In this document: in pieces, positions 51,845 through 64,000 of the stretch
Position numbering within the stretch: the first letter of the stretch is position 1
Layout: each line of letters starts with the position of its first letter
Assembly (NCBI GenBank): GCA_977030845.1
Contig: OZ365111.1
Span: 20,646,001-20,710,000 of the forward strand
Source: Fimbriosthenelais zetlandica
Lineage: Eukaryota
DNA length: 64,000 nucleotides
Direction: 5' to 3'
Notes under the pieces: model-generated
Database searches by the model: none
What the model saw: the letters and a program-made list of their open reading frames with translations, nothing else
What the model was told of the DNA's origin: nothing
Made by a program: the position numbers and the translations under genes

Positions 51845-54205
51845 CTTCCACCTACTCACAATAATATCGATGGTTTCCATCATTGGTTGGATGCACTTTT
51901 ATCAGTGAGAGAGGGTTGAGTCAGTGCGTGATCCACAGCACCTGTTTAGTTTGGGATAGAACCTACATATATACCTCTTACCTTTGATTCCTATATACCC
52001 ACCCAACTATACAAGTGCAGGAAGGTCCCCAGATCTCTGCAGTTCTGGATTGCCTCAAAAGTGGGTTGCCTAAATTCCCAGAGATGTCACTGACAAATTA
52101 AATCTATCCCTGGACAATATGACAAGGAAATCTTTAAATCAACCGACCTCCGACCACCCCTATACAGTTGTCCTTTAATTCCATTCAATTTTATCTTCGG
52201 AGTACAGAGCTGCCACAAAGGGAGATGCCCAAATTCCTGACCAATAACAAATTTCCCGATTTCCCCCTGAGCTCGAAAGAAAATTTCCCAGGAGTTGGCA
52301 ACCCTGATGACTCTCTAGTTCTGGACTCTCTATAGTTTGTGACTCTAGGCCAATATCTTTAAGAAATGTCTTAAATGTCCTACTATAAGAGTCTTTTGAG
52401 GCTAGCATCAAAGCACAATTTCAGCCCAGCATCAACGCCTGTTAGTTGCATAAAAGTCCCTTCAGCTTCAAAAGTAACGAGTCAATTAGTGACAATTACA
52501 CCCTGTCAACATTTAAGCGGTAACTTCACACCAACTATCAGAATTTTTCTCCCTGGCCTGAATCTCAGCGACGCAGCATACTGAATAATTATTACACGCC
52601 AAAATAATCAGGAAAAAGATGAAGGAGGCAATCATTGTACATAGCTTATATTTATCACTTTACCCCGGGGGCGACTCAACTAGCAGTAAATCTGGAATCA
52701 GTACAAGGTGGAAAAATGTAATGCCTACATGCGAAACCTATAGGCTTCTGCTTATCAGCAAGGGATAAGAAAAAATCCACTAGAAGGAAAAGAGGACCTC
52801 CTTCACTCAGTGTATAACACAAGCTCTGCTGTCAGTCAGAATATTCATTAGGCTAGGCCAATGAGTATGCTTATTATAGGCTACCTCAACTGTTTAAACA
52901 TAATTAAGTTTTACCACTTTAGAACAACAAAAGTATATTATTTTGTATTTGTAGAATATATAATATACATGTTCAATTTTTGAAGTACTTTATACTTTAC
53001 AAAGTTTATAAGAAATTCATAATTAAAATTTGCATGTTAACCCAGCACTGAAAGGCCCTCTATCAAATCAATTATTATCTTTAGTTGGGGAAACAAAGCA
53101 TATCATACCATGAAGCATGCTGAGTGAGATAAATTACACAACCCTCTGAAAGAAATCTGTAATGTCAATCTTGGGATGTGATCCAAGGCAATTATCCTTC
53201 AAAAGATTGTGGTACAGGCCCACTGGTACCAACAATAAGTAACAAAATATAATCTCATGCATATAATTGCAGAAAATATAAGACAAAATTGCCATTGCCA
53301 AAATATCATAGCTACAATCTCTGAAATAGGGTGTTTTTCACTATAGTTAGTCAGTAGTTGACAAGTTCAGGGATTTCTGCTCTACATATCACGAAGCCAA
53401 GACTACAAACTTTCTATAGCTAATAGGTTATTATAGCGATAAATATTTTCTTGTCTTTGGATCGGGGTAGTCTCTATGCTGTATATGACAACCATAATTA
53501 CAAAAGGCCCAAAATTACTGATAAACATTCCAAGAACTTTATTCCGTTGAAAACTAGCACTTTAATCATAAATTTAAGGGCCCAATAGAAGGGTTCAAGA
53601 AAGGGAACAATTTTCCATGCAGTTTAATAATGGAGAGAGGTATGACCATATTCATGTATAGGATCCCTCGAAAACAAACCTCAAGAAACTGTATTAAATC
53701 TAAAGCAATTAGATGAGGCTAATTAATATATTTTTTGTGCAGGTCCATGTCGCAGCGATGATACACAAACTAAACATCGGTGCTAAATATTACATAGGAT
53801 TTTCTATAACATTTCTGAGGACTTTTTCTTAAGGATTTGCCTTCAACTTTCGGCAGGCAGGTGGACGAACATATGGGTCAATCATTGCCATGGAAACCAT
53901 GAAACTTCCTGATAGTGGAGGGGGCGGGGTGGGTCAATCCCTAGCGTCTGGGCAGGGGGAGGGGGTATCCTGGACATAGGCCTAAAATAAACCCTAGACT
54001 GCAAAGTCCACTAAATGAGACCGTATGTGTTTATTTTAGGGTTGACTATTATTCTTAGATCCCACTTTGATTTGACCTAATAATAGGCTATAAGATTTTC
54101 GATTAATTGTGAAAAGGTTATACCCATTCCATAACTCATTTACAGACATTTACAGGCCATACAATTAAGAGGACTATAAACTAATCAGTGAAAATTGAGA
54201 AGAGG

Positions 54206-54272
54206 AAAAGTGACAAAGAGATAAATCTTCGAGAAGGGGGAAAAGTGACACACAAATAAATCTTCGAGAAGG
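54206..54272. repeat. Two-copy ~35-bp tandem repeat
   Basis: aaaagtgaca...ataaatcttcgagaagg occurs twice. Confidence 0.75.
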
Positions 54273-56597
54273 ATTATGATCTGAGCTGTGAAAAAATAAA
54301 AAGGGAAGTGGAGTGACAAGCAAAAATATGTTTGATTTGACTGGTGAGTGAGAAAGGGAAAGATGATCCAGCTGGGCTCTCCTTCCACTTGTCAAGTGGC
54401 CCTTCTTCTCGGATCCACAAGGTGAATATATGATATTTACTTTATGAACCCAAAGTGACTCAAAGGTAAACCAAGCCAATATATATGTAGGTTATATAGC
54501 TAAATGGTGCAGTGACAGGAGATTGTGATGGTCGAGTAACCCGAAATGCTTCAACTCGAAATTAATATGCAAGGGTAAATAATTATGTTGGTATAAATTT
54601 ATGCCTGTTTCTCAGAACATTGGGCGATTTTTCATAAGCTATTTTCATAACCCATTTTGTTTGTTTTAGGTGACATACATTTTTTTAAATACAATTTGAT
54701 GATTTATTCATATAGGGCCTACTATATTATTCCTAACCCAGACATGTCTAGTATGTATGGAAAACATAAATATTCGAATAAACCAACATAGTTCAAATTA
54801 AAATGAAAGTGGAATGGTATATTTTCTCATTGTTTAATTTTTATAATTCCTTATAAAACTCAGTGATTTATTCATAAGAGCTCTATATTCAGAAACAATT
54901 TAGTGATTTGTCCATAAGCTATTTAGAACATATGTCTACTACCGGTACATAATCAAATGCAGGTTCAAAGTAAAAATTTAATTATTTTGAAATACTTAAA
55001 CATTTAAACCAATCTTAATGCGTAGAATGACAATTTTGATAAATGATGCTTCGGAATCTAGATAATATCTTTTCAGATGTGAGATTACATAAATGTCTTC
55101 CCATGATAGATTTAGAGCAGAAAAATGCCAACCAGTTTGTGCCAACTCATTCTACAGCTCCTACTAGAATGTCTGAGACCACTCCATGCCATGTCTATAC
55201 CATGACTATCTAGCGTATAGCATCAGAGAAACATTTCTCTGTTTGTCTTCAGACTTATTTGTTTATCCCAGCACGTGCCGAGCAGGCAAAGCGATGATAT
55301 CTGGCACATGGCGGTGTTGGGACTCAGTTTAGACTCTAATGTGATAAGGCCAACACAAGTAGTTTGTTTCTTGGATTTCCAGGGCTATAGATCGAAACCT
55401 ATAAGGGGGTTGGGGTAGCAACCCATCTTAAACACTTGATATATAGAAATATGGCATCTTGTTCTTGTTCATATTTATATTTCATATTTATTTCCTTCAT
55501 ATTTATAAATTACAGGGATATCATGCAGTTGGGATGGACTTGGGGGCAGGGTGTCAAACCTAAATTTGGGGCCACTTGCAGATCTAAATAGCTCCGTTCC
55601 ATGAATATTGGACCCCACTCCCGCTCTGATACTAAAGGGTCAGAGGCCAATGGAAGATAACTTTAAAAATGGCAATATGGTCATATAAAAGGCTTGCCCT
55701 CGGGTCCAGAAGCATAATTGATTTCTCGCCAAATGCATTAAGCTGGCAAAACATTCTAGAACAGATGACTTCATCTTGGCATTTAGGGATTTACTCAATG
55801 TATGAGGTTAAAAGGCACGGCTGAAAGTCACCTATTAAATCTGAGTATAGTAGCATATAGCAAATTTGATGTCTACGGGCGGACTATACATGTCCCAAAA
55901 CGTTGGCAAGATAAATAGAATATAGCGTGCCAAGAATCATGCTCTTAGTAAGTTGATCTAATTATAAGGAAAGTATCATTAAGTGGATGTGAGAACTATC
56001 TGATGACCTTTTACATTAGACATTTTACAGGAAACATTTCTAAAAATGGAATTATAAAAATAAAAAATATTGCCTGTGCTTACTGGGCTATGTAAAATGT
56101 CCAGTGATTATATGGAAAACCAAATCGTTTTACATGTTTGGTTGTATGTTACATAATGTATTATTGGCAGAGTGGTTTCTGAATTACTAAAGACTGGGCA
56201 TAACTTCGAAGGTGTCAAATGAGTTGCTATGGAACGGTTTACAATAATTGGCCACGCCTGGAAAGGCCTATAAAAAGCATATATAGTAGCATATATAGTA
56301 TATATTTTATATTTACATTACGACATATTATGAACAGATGCCCCACCCAATCCCTTTACAATGGATTCTACAGTATTGAAAAATTGGGGTAGGCTATTAC
56401 CAAAATAGGTTTCAGTGAATGGACATCTCTTTAAGGGGATTCTATTTAAAGTGCATAACAATGATTGATACACCCAATATGTATACCTGTAGACAACAAA
56501 GGTTCATTCATGCCCCACCACCTCACCCCCGGCTCCTCCTTAATTCCGCTAGTATGACCCTCTTCCCTATACGTTTCCAGGGACTTTCGTCCTACCA

Positions 56598-56663
56598 GGG
56601 ACCGTTTCAAAGGGAATATTGACAATGCTAAGCCTATGGCTAATTGTCGTTTTGAAACAAGCT
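56598..56663. mobile_element. Inverted-repeat mini-element of the same family as 47512-47577
   Basis: gggaccgtttcaaagggaat...ctatggctaat...cgttttgaaacaagct. Both the ends and the interior align with the 47512 copy. Confidence 0.55.
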
Positions 56664-58009
56664 TCAGGATTCTATTTATTTCTGATCTAAGTGGAGCGTG
56701 ACGGTTGACCCGACCTGCAGGTAACTACGGTCGTCCACGTGGTCCTGTTTTAGGAGGCAGGGAATGGTCCCAATTTTACCTCCCTGTCAGTCTGTCATAT
56801 TAAAATTAGCCCTAAATAGTAGAATGTGGGAGGGGAAGAGATCTTTCACCTAAAACGATATAGATCTGCTATGGGCAAAAGCTAGAAACTGACACTTCAA
56901 TGGCAGTTAATGCAGTTCTACGTTAAATTTGTTCTCAAATTAATACCCATTTTCATGACTGGACATGATATCTATCCCAAGGTGTGTCTTGTGACAAAAC
57001 ATATACAAATATGTGGAATTTAATGAAATAATTAATAATTCTTTTTCAAAAACTTGTCTGTTACAGATCAATGGATTCAATTCGGTATCATTCCTTTGCA
57101 CCGAGTGAGACCCTATAAAGAATGTGGACACAGTCTATTTGTTGAGATCTGACAATTGATAAGTTAATTCACAAAGTTTATCTTGTTTTCAAATATATGT
57201 CGCCCAATCGATCAATTGTCTCTGAAATTTAACTTTTAGCAACGCACGGATCTGTGCAGTAGAAATTTCAGGTATATTCTTACTAAGTCTGTGTGAGACT
57301 TAATTCGGGCAATTACAATACGGTGTAATAATTATCAGGTGATATCTGTCTGACAAATCTCGAGACATATGTCATGGAATAATAATTACCAAAAGCTATG
57401 CCAGTTATTGACAAACATTTTATTGCAGGTAGGCCACTAATATTATATAGGAATTGAACTGTTATCATAGAAATATTTCAATTAATGCCAATCTAGACCC
57501 CCCAAAACAATCCAGGCAGATGGAAAAGATCTTAAAAATTTTGGAATCCAAATATAATATGAATTCCATTGCCACTATACGAATAGATGCCAGATATTTA
57601 AGTTACTGGCACTATATGAATGGCTGGATCATCACTCGTAGACTTTGGCACCCACATTGTTCCCCTTACATTTTTTCTAGAAGGAAGTTTAGAGTTGCAG
57701 ATGTTATTGTAGCGGCATGAGACTCCACTTGACATTTGTTAGGTACTATCAACATCGATGTAGTCTCAGGTAGTAAAAGGTTTGGACTAATGCCATTAAG
57801 TACACTATATACTCTCAGAGTCAGCTGTTGGTCGTTCCTGTCCCCAGTGCCCTCCCCGATCGCCCTGTCATGAGAAAAATGTGTCACATCCCTCAATCTC
57901 GATAGGATTTTTCCTGGATCGAATGCCTACTATCAGTAAGAGCTCATTCAACTTCCCTCCTCTCTCTGTGTACAAGGCCTACATGATATTATTTAAGGCA
58001 GACACTCAC

Positions 58010-58066
58010 CGTTCGTAAGAAGGAGATATCATCCTGGGCCTTGGTGTTCCCATCGCCTTCAGCCAT
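58010..58066 (-). CDS. RyR: Ryanodine receptor, first coding exon (MAEGDGNTKAQDDISFLRT)
   Basis: The minus strand reads catcaag ATG GCT GAA GGC GAT GGG AAC ACC AAG GCC CAG GAT GAT ATC TCC TTC TTA CGA ACG|gtgagt. This matches the RyR N-terminus (insect-type MAEAEGGSEQDDVSFLRT, vertebrate ...EDEVQFLRT). It ends on the phase-0 donor after FLRT found in RYR genes, and the start has A at -3 and G at +4. Confidence 0.95.
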
Positions 58067-58580
58067 CTTGATGGCTCCTCAATCACGTCTCAAATCCAAA
58101 TATTCTCGGGTTGATACTCCTCCGAGAGAACCCTCAGAGATCTCTCAGTCGGAAGAATCATGCAGTTCGTACTATAGGTCACAACCGAAAGTGCTTCTTT
58201 CTACTTTAGCCGGCGCCCTACCGCATGCTTGGGGGAGGGAGGGCTTCTTCTACCACTATAGAGAGGGGCCTGTGATGTTGACCGTGCTCTTTCCCTACAG
58301 GAGTGTGGGTACCGCCGCTAGTTCTAAAGGTGAAAAAGCAGGAAGATGAGGAGATGTAGAAGAGAGTGAGAAGAGGGACTGGGCACTCGGCTAGAGCCTA
58401 AATTTTGCCTTGGGGTGCTACTATATTACTAGCCGAGCGGCCGAGCGGTTTCTTCCACTATACTCCACGAGACTGATGTGGTGGGGTGTGTGTGCGAGTA
58501 GAGGGGTACGGGAAGCATCTGTGGGTTGTTGGTATTATAGAGACTGGAGATTACCGGGAAGCAGACACGTCTATATACCC
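58067..58580 (-). promoter_or_regulatory. RyR 5' UTR / proximal promoter region
   Basis: A GC- and CpG-enriched island directly upstream of the RyR ATG. It includes a CT-rich tract (about 58324-58378), an Inr-like TCAGTC (58471-58476) and a TATA-like GTATATAG (about 58571-58578). The transcription start cannot be fixed from sequence. Confidence 0.5.
58090..58161 (-). other. Upstream ORF (MILPTERSLRVLSEEYQPENIWI*) in the putative RyR 5' UTR
   Basis: ATG at 58161-58159 and TGA at 58092-58090, ending 23 nt before the RyR ATG. Translation is not demonstrated. Confidence 0.4.
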
Positions 58581-59779
58581 CTTATACTCAATCACAACAC
58601 ACCCATACCTATACACACCCCACTTACAAACCCATACCACCTATACAAGCCTATCTTAATTGCAAGTACATGTAGGCTACTCATTTAGGCTACTTATTTT
58701 CATAGAACATTATTTTCTGTATGCTTCAATATTGGAATAATTGTTTCACCAAACTGATCCATGAAAATGACCAATGTACCAAGGAATACGTAGATGTATA
58801 CATTTATAGTATGGTTTCACTACACATTATTGGCCTCCATTTATCAATCTTATGGGTCCGAACTTCAATGGAAAATTTAAGCACAATACAACAGCAATGC
58901 CTCACTGGCAATTTTTGACAGAATTTGCAATATTTTCCAAGTTATTCCACGGACCTAATTATTTGCAGTACACCTTTATATTATGATGTATTACTATTGA
59001 TAGCCATGAATAGGCTAACAATGTGATCATCTAGGCATGGGTGGAACCAACATATTATACAAGTTCGGTGGAGGTTTTGAAAAAACAGGAGGGGGATTCA
59101 GCCTTGAGTTTTAACAACGAGAATTATCAACGAAATTAGCAAAATTATCTCTGATGGGGTGGGGGGATGCACTGCCCCGCCCCCCGCTCCCATCGTAATG
59201 TGTGAGTTGAGGTTATAAACCCACTATCCACCGACCATTCAGCAACGACCACGTGTCTTACCGATGACCTTGTGCACTGAGCAGCTCGTTAAATAGGCCT
59301 TCAGTAGGAGCTGGTCACAGCAGATTCTTATCAATTACTCATCGCCTTTTCTCCCAACTCTTCAATTAAAGTTTAATCTTCTAAACTAAAGGATTCATTT
59401 CAACTAAATAATTCTTCAAAAATGTAATGTTATGTAATGGCCCCAAATAGTGATCTAGAGGGATTTATATAGAATATAAAATAAATTCTTGATCAATTTC
59501 ATTGCACATTTTCAGATTACGGACATGTCCCATGTGCATGGGTCAATTTCGAGGTTTTAGACTATGTTTTCCCCGAATTTACAGATAATAATCAGCTCAA
59601 TAATTCACAAGATTGGTTCCTCAATCTAGGGAAATATCACGAGTGCTATAGACTGGGATTTGGCTACAGAATGATCACTGTCTGAATGCCTTCTCATCTT
59701 TTTCCTGCAGGAGGCCTACCAGTGACGGCGATATTTGATGGCTATTATGAAGAATACTGCTGCCATCTTACGTTAGAAT

Positions 59780-60330
59780 CTACGATTAAAGTTTACACAA
59801 TCTCATCCGACAGCTGGCGTAGTCACCTTCTAAACTTGCATATTCGATTTTCTAAATGCTGAATATTTGGGCCTACTGACCCATTGCACTCTCGGTTTTA
59901 CATGACAATAATTGGAGGGATAGGCATTATTTTAGAAGATGGCATATGAGCATTGGTAATAAGGCCTTAATTTTAATATAGAAGTTCCTTATTTATAAGA
60001 GGGTTCACACCAAGGAGAAAATAGTAATAGATTGGATGCTATTCTATTAATGGGGTTCAATCTTAATGGACCGGATCATACTCAATTAATTAAATGGGGT
60101 TCAATCTGTTTTGAGAATCCCGCGGCTTCTCTGCTTGGTGTGAAGACCACATAAAAAGAAGTAAATCTTAAATCATTAATATACTTACCAGATATTTGTT
60201 GTTGTAATAATTGTTGTATAATTTGTATTTTTTGTCTGGATTTTTGGGTGTTATATTGGTGAGAGGTTATATTTGGCTGAGAGTTGGTGAGAGCGGATAA
60301 GTTTATTTTATTGTTAATGAATATCATATA
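59780..60330 (-). mobile_element. Decayed L2/CR1-like LINE 3' region
   Basis: MIFINNK..., VFTPS...HL and HLENRICKF resemble post-RT and C-terminal motifs (MIFN, FTxSG, ENRIC) of L2/CR1-type ORF2. Confidence 0.3.
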
Positions 60331-61949
60331 TTTATTAGGTTCAAAATCAATGGTGATATCACTGCGATTGGTTTGTTGTTTTTATTGTCCAAATATGTCT
60401 GTGAATTACTAATAAAGTAAGTGACTATATAGAAAGTACCAGAAAGTACTAGAAAGGACCCAGTGGTTAGGATGGAAGGAATGAAGGCACACCAAAGGAG
60501 TATATTTTGAGTGTATTATTTCAAGAGCAGAACCCTTTTAGTTGTGTCACACTCTAGTGGCATATCCTTGCATATTTGGGGGACTACAATGTAGTTTATA
60601 CAAAAGAAATAAAAATGAAAATACATCACAGATATCATAGATGGGTCTGCAAGCTTGTTCAGAAATAGAAATATATAATACCAATTATCCCTCAGCAGCC
60701 TGCTTTAGAAACCAATAAAGAGTAGAATGTCCACTAAAGAGCCCTCTAGTATAATAATACATTATCTACTGGCAATCATTAGATCGATCATCTAGAATAC
60801 ATTCAAACGTCAAGCAGTGACTGGTTAAAACACTAGTCTACTTCTATAGGAAAGATAATGAATACATTCCAATACAACCACATTAGATATGATTCAACCT
60901 TAACCAAACTTTAATTCTTTGGTTGTTCATTTTTTAAATATGATAAATCATATGGTGATTATTCATTCAGAGATATGTATCTGTAAAGCTTATGAAAAAA
61001 GGGACTATATCAATGATATTATCTGCCATGATACTTCATATTTAATGTGGTCAAATGTGGTTATGTATCTAATTCATTGCATATTCAAAGAAATACCTTA
61101 TCTTTGAGAGAAGGCATTCTTTGTCATAGATTATGATGATATTGAGCATTATCATTATGTAAATGTAGCAGAGCTCTTCACTACAAACATGCAAATCATT
61201 GACTTAGCACCGTACTTCCTCGGTCTTGTAATTAACACGCAATTAAATTGATAAGGTCAAGCGGGTATACATTTTGCCATCACCATGCAAGATAGACACT
61301 AAATACCTTTAGCAAAGGAACCAAAGGCATTTAAGTCTACAGAGAGACCGATTTTCTGGTAGATTTATCTGCTTGAAAACTTGCCTTTAAAGTATACGGC
61401 TTTCCCTTCGAAAATAATTCCAGCATGCAAAGTAAAGATTGATTACTACAAAGGAAGCAACGAAAGGGAAGAAATATTCAAAGGTTTTGAATATTTTTCC
61501 TGTGGGGAAATGCCGGGCTTTCATAGGCAAGTTTGAGCAGTGTATATAATATGGTGTTACATAATTAACATTGATGCTATTAGATAAGACATCACTGGTT
61601 TGTGTTCGTGTACAATGAGGTGAGTTTGTTTGAAAACAGTACAAGTGCATGGACGTATACATGTATAAGTGTTTTGTACAATCATAGCAATGTCAATGAA
61701 TAATATGAGAAGATATCATTCATTTGTCTGGTGGGTTTACAGTGTACAGGGAGTAAACACTCTCGTAAAAAAATAACAATGGCCCTGTGAGAAAACTTAA
61801 AGATATATCGCCAAATGTGTACATAGAATCATTTCTTGTGGCAAAATGCACATGCAAGTGCTTCTGTGACTATGTATTAATGAAAACACACGAGTTAATT
61901 AAGTTATAGTGAGTCACACAAACACAAAAATTACAAGAGTTGGTGAGGT

Positions 61950-63350
61950 TACCAAAATAAAGAGAATTCTATGATTTTAGACATCCAATCAATACCAACA
62001 TACAATTGACATGTATTTTTACTCCAAGAAATCCCAACTCTTGATGCAATTTATTTCAGCATTTTATTCAGAGGCAATATTAGTTTGCATTGGGCCGAAT
62101 CTGAGTTAGAAAAGGCGCTGGAGCAATTCTACCAAAAAAAAAAACTTTTAAAAAAACTTTACAAAATATTCAAAGGTTGGAGTATTGATTCTGTAACCTA
62201 CAGTTCTATATACACAAACTCGATCCGCAGCAGCTTCTTGGGTACACATCCCTCTTCACAAAATGGACACAGAAAATCCAAATAATTTGATTTTTCTTCT
62301 GTTTATGAGATCTATCTATTAAAAAAACGGAAGTTCTCTCTAGAATATGTTAATGTCAGAAAACCTGAAAACTCTGGGAATTACATAAAAGGAAAAAAGA
62401 CCAATCATACTCCCTTCACTTTTCTGTAAAAATTCCTTATATGGAACAGCATAAATATAAAAAGTTAAAATCTTAAAGAGAAAGTATGTACCCTCAATGA
62501 TATTTTTAAAATAAAACTAATTACACGAAAAAATACCGACATATAAAGTCAAATCAGAATCTTTACAGCAATTTTATCAGAGAATCCCTTCTTCTGAATA
62601 GTTTTCAAACCGATTTAAAAGTAATAGGACAATTCAATACGACAATATTCAGAACAGTAATACTGTTCCCGAATTTTCTTAAACAGAACAAATGACACTC
62701 TTCGGACGGCACATCTTCAAACGCGACAAATCATTGAATCAATATACATTGAAAAAGAATCGGAAACACATTATATTCTAACAACAAAAATAAATTCACC
62801 GACTCGAAATAGTAGAAGACTTATATTATGACATCAGCATAGTTCATACACATGTTCAAGACAGATGTAAACACAATTTTAAGCGGAACATTTTACATGA
62901 AAATCAATTTTAACAAGCAGCTCTTTAATCAATCAAATATCTACGAAGCGTTTAATATAACTGTTCACGATGAGTGATAATCGCTTCCTATGTACAACCA
63001 ACACAACTGAGGAGATTCAAACTTCTTTTTTTGACCTTTATATCTTATCACATATTACCTTAGCACTACTCTGTGAGAGTATGAGAAATTAAATAGAAAT
63101 AACATTATTAATTTAGATTAAATTAAGCACAAAATGTACAGAAATAAAGAGAGCTTCAAGAGTCTCCCCACATAAATTACACATACGGGACAGAGGTATA
63201 GGACACATTTCAGCACGTTCAAAATACTGCTTTGGCACTTAAACGCTCAGAAAAAATCTCTCCATAACATTTCCATTTACTTTCCGCAATTTTGCTTTTG
63301 GAAACAAATGATGTACCAAGTACTCCTGAATTTTCCAGATAATATATTAT
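61950..63350 (+). mobile_element. Decayed L1/Tx1-like LINE ORF2 3' region
   Basis: Very A-rich, codon-like sequence. Frameshifted FLCTT..TQLRRFKLL..HILP near 62985-63060 resembles the PFxCTxxTKLRxFQFKLLHRIL segment of L1/Tx1 ORF2. No intact ORF. Confidence 0.35.
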
Positions 63351-64000
63351 TCAACTTTTCTTTGTACAAAAACAAGAACATCATGTACATAACATGTGAT
63401 ATGTATCACTGAGAAGAAACGACTCCCAATTTGTATAAGAGTATATCATATTATAGCCATTACTTTTTTCTATCATCAGATTTTGACTTGTGTGTAAATG
63501 TCCCATGGAATCGGAGCGAGTCCTTTGTTGGAGAGAGGTAGGATAACAGACTGCTGCATGCGTAGCAGTTGGAAGCACCAGTTTTTTTGTATGAAAAAAT
63601 AACATTTTACTTTTTTTCTTTCTCATCACAGCTTTTAAGAAACCCACACCAATGGGTTCATGTGTACCTCTATATATATAAATTAATCAAAAAGACAAAT
63701 TTAATATTTTTGAAACGGTCTTCGACGCAGTTCACGATCAAACTCAAGCCTCCTCCGGACCTCGTTGGCATTGATCGGTCGGCTATATTCAAACAAATGA
63801 GCCATGTTTGAGCTATTCGCAACAGATGGACCATAAGTTCTAGCCCGGGTACCTAGACCAGGGTCCTGTCTGGAGGTTGGACAATATGTGCTATAACCCC
63901 TACTTAAACTGGACCTTGCTCCAGGGTATGAAGTCCTTGTTGAGTTATTATAATGCTCACCCAGGAGGAGGCTACTCCTACTGGAGGCGAGGGAATGCTG

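Larger units (their letters stand above)
5862..58009 (-). other. RyR: RyR intron between the first two recognised coding exons (52,148 nt)
   Basis: GT at 58009-58008 and AG at 5863-5862. Joining them gives the continuous frame ...SFLRT-EDMICL..., as in other RyRs. Confidence 0.9.

Noticed and set aside
56695-56790. Possible HDV-like or hammerhead ribozyme cores (tccacgt here; ttcacgc at about 49325; ctgatga at about 52306 and 56000)
   Set aside because: The required flanking helices (P1/P2/P3, or stem II plus GAAA) could not be formed.
62435-62444. CArG box CCTTATATGG upstream of a muscle-type gene
   Set aside because: It lies inside a LINE-like relic, and several such 10-mers are expected by chance in AT-rich DNA.

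Overview
AT-rich animal genomic DNA. The style (frequent TAGGCCTA, (GA)n tracts, many short inverted-repeat elements) suggests a marine invertebrate, possibly an echinoderm, but that is inference only. The one host gene I can support is the 5' end of a ryanodine receptor (RyR) on the minus strand. Its first coding exon is 58010-58066 (MAEGDGNTKAQDDISFLRT) and the next is 5742-5861 ([40 protein letters not shown]). They are joined in phase 0 by a 52,148-nt intron (5862-58009); exon 3 is not in the window. The most striking structure is inside that intron: two consensus 'zero-length exon' or recursive-splicing sites (branch point CTAATAT, pyrimidine tract, CAG|GTAAGT) at 48532/48533 and 24672/24673. 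They would split the intron into pieces of 9.5, 23.9 and 18.8 kb, and each is followed by downstream donor(s) defining a stop-containing cryptic exon. The intron also holds two candidate alternative first coding exons in frame with exon 2, an RFX X-box cluster, a perfect AGGTCATGACCT palindrome and a homeodomain-site cluster. It also contains microsatellites, small inverted-repeat elements and heavily decayed retrotransposon remnants (DIRS/Ngaro-like and LINE-like). Almost all ORFs in the supplied track are spurious. No rRNA, tRNA or CRISPR array was recognised.
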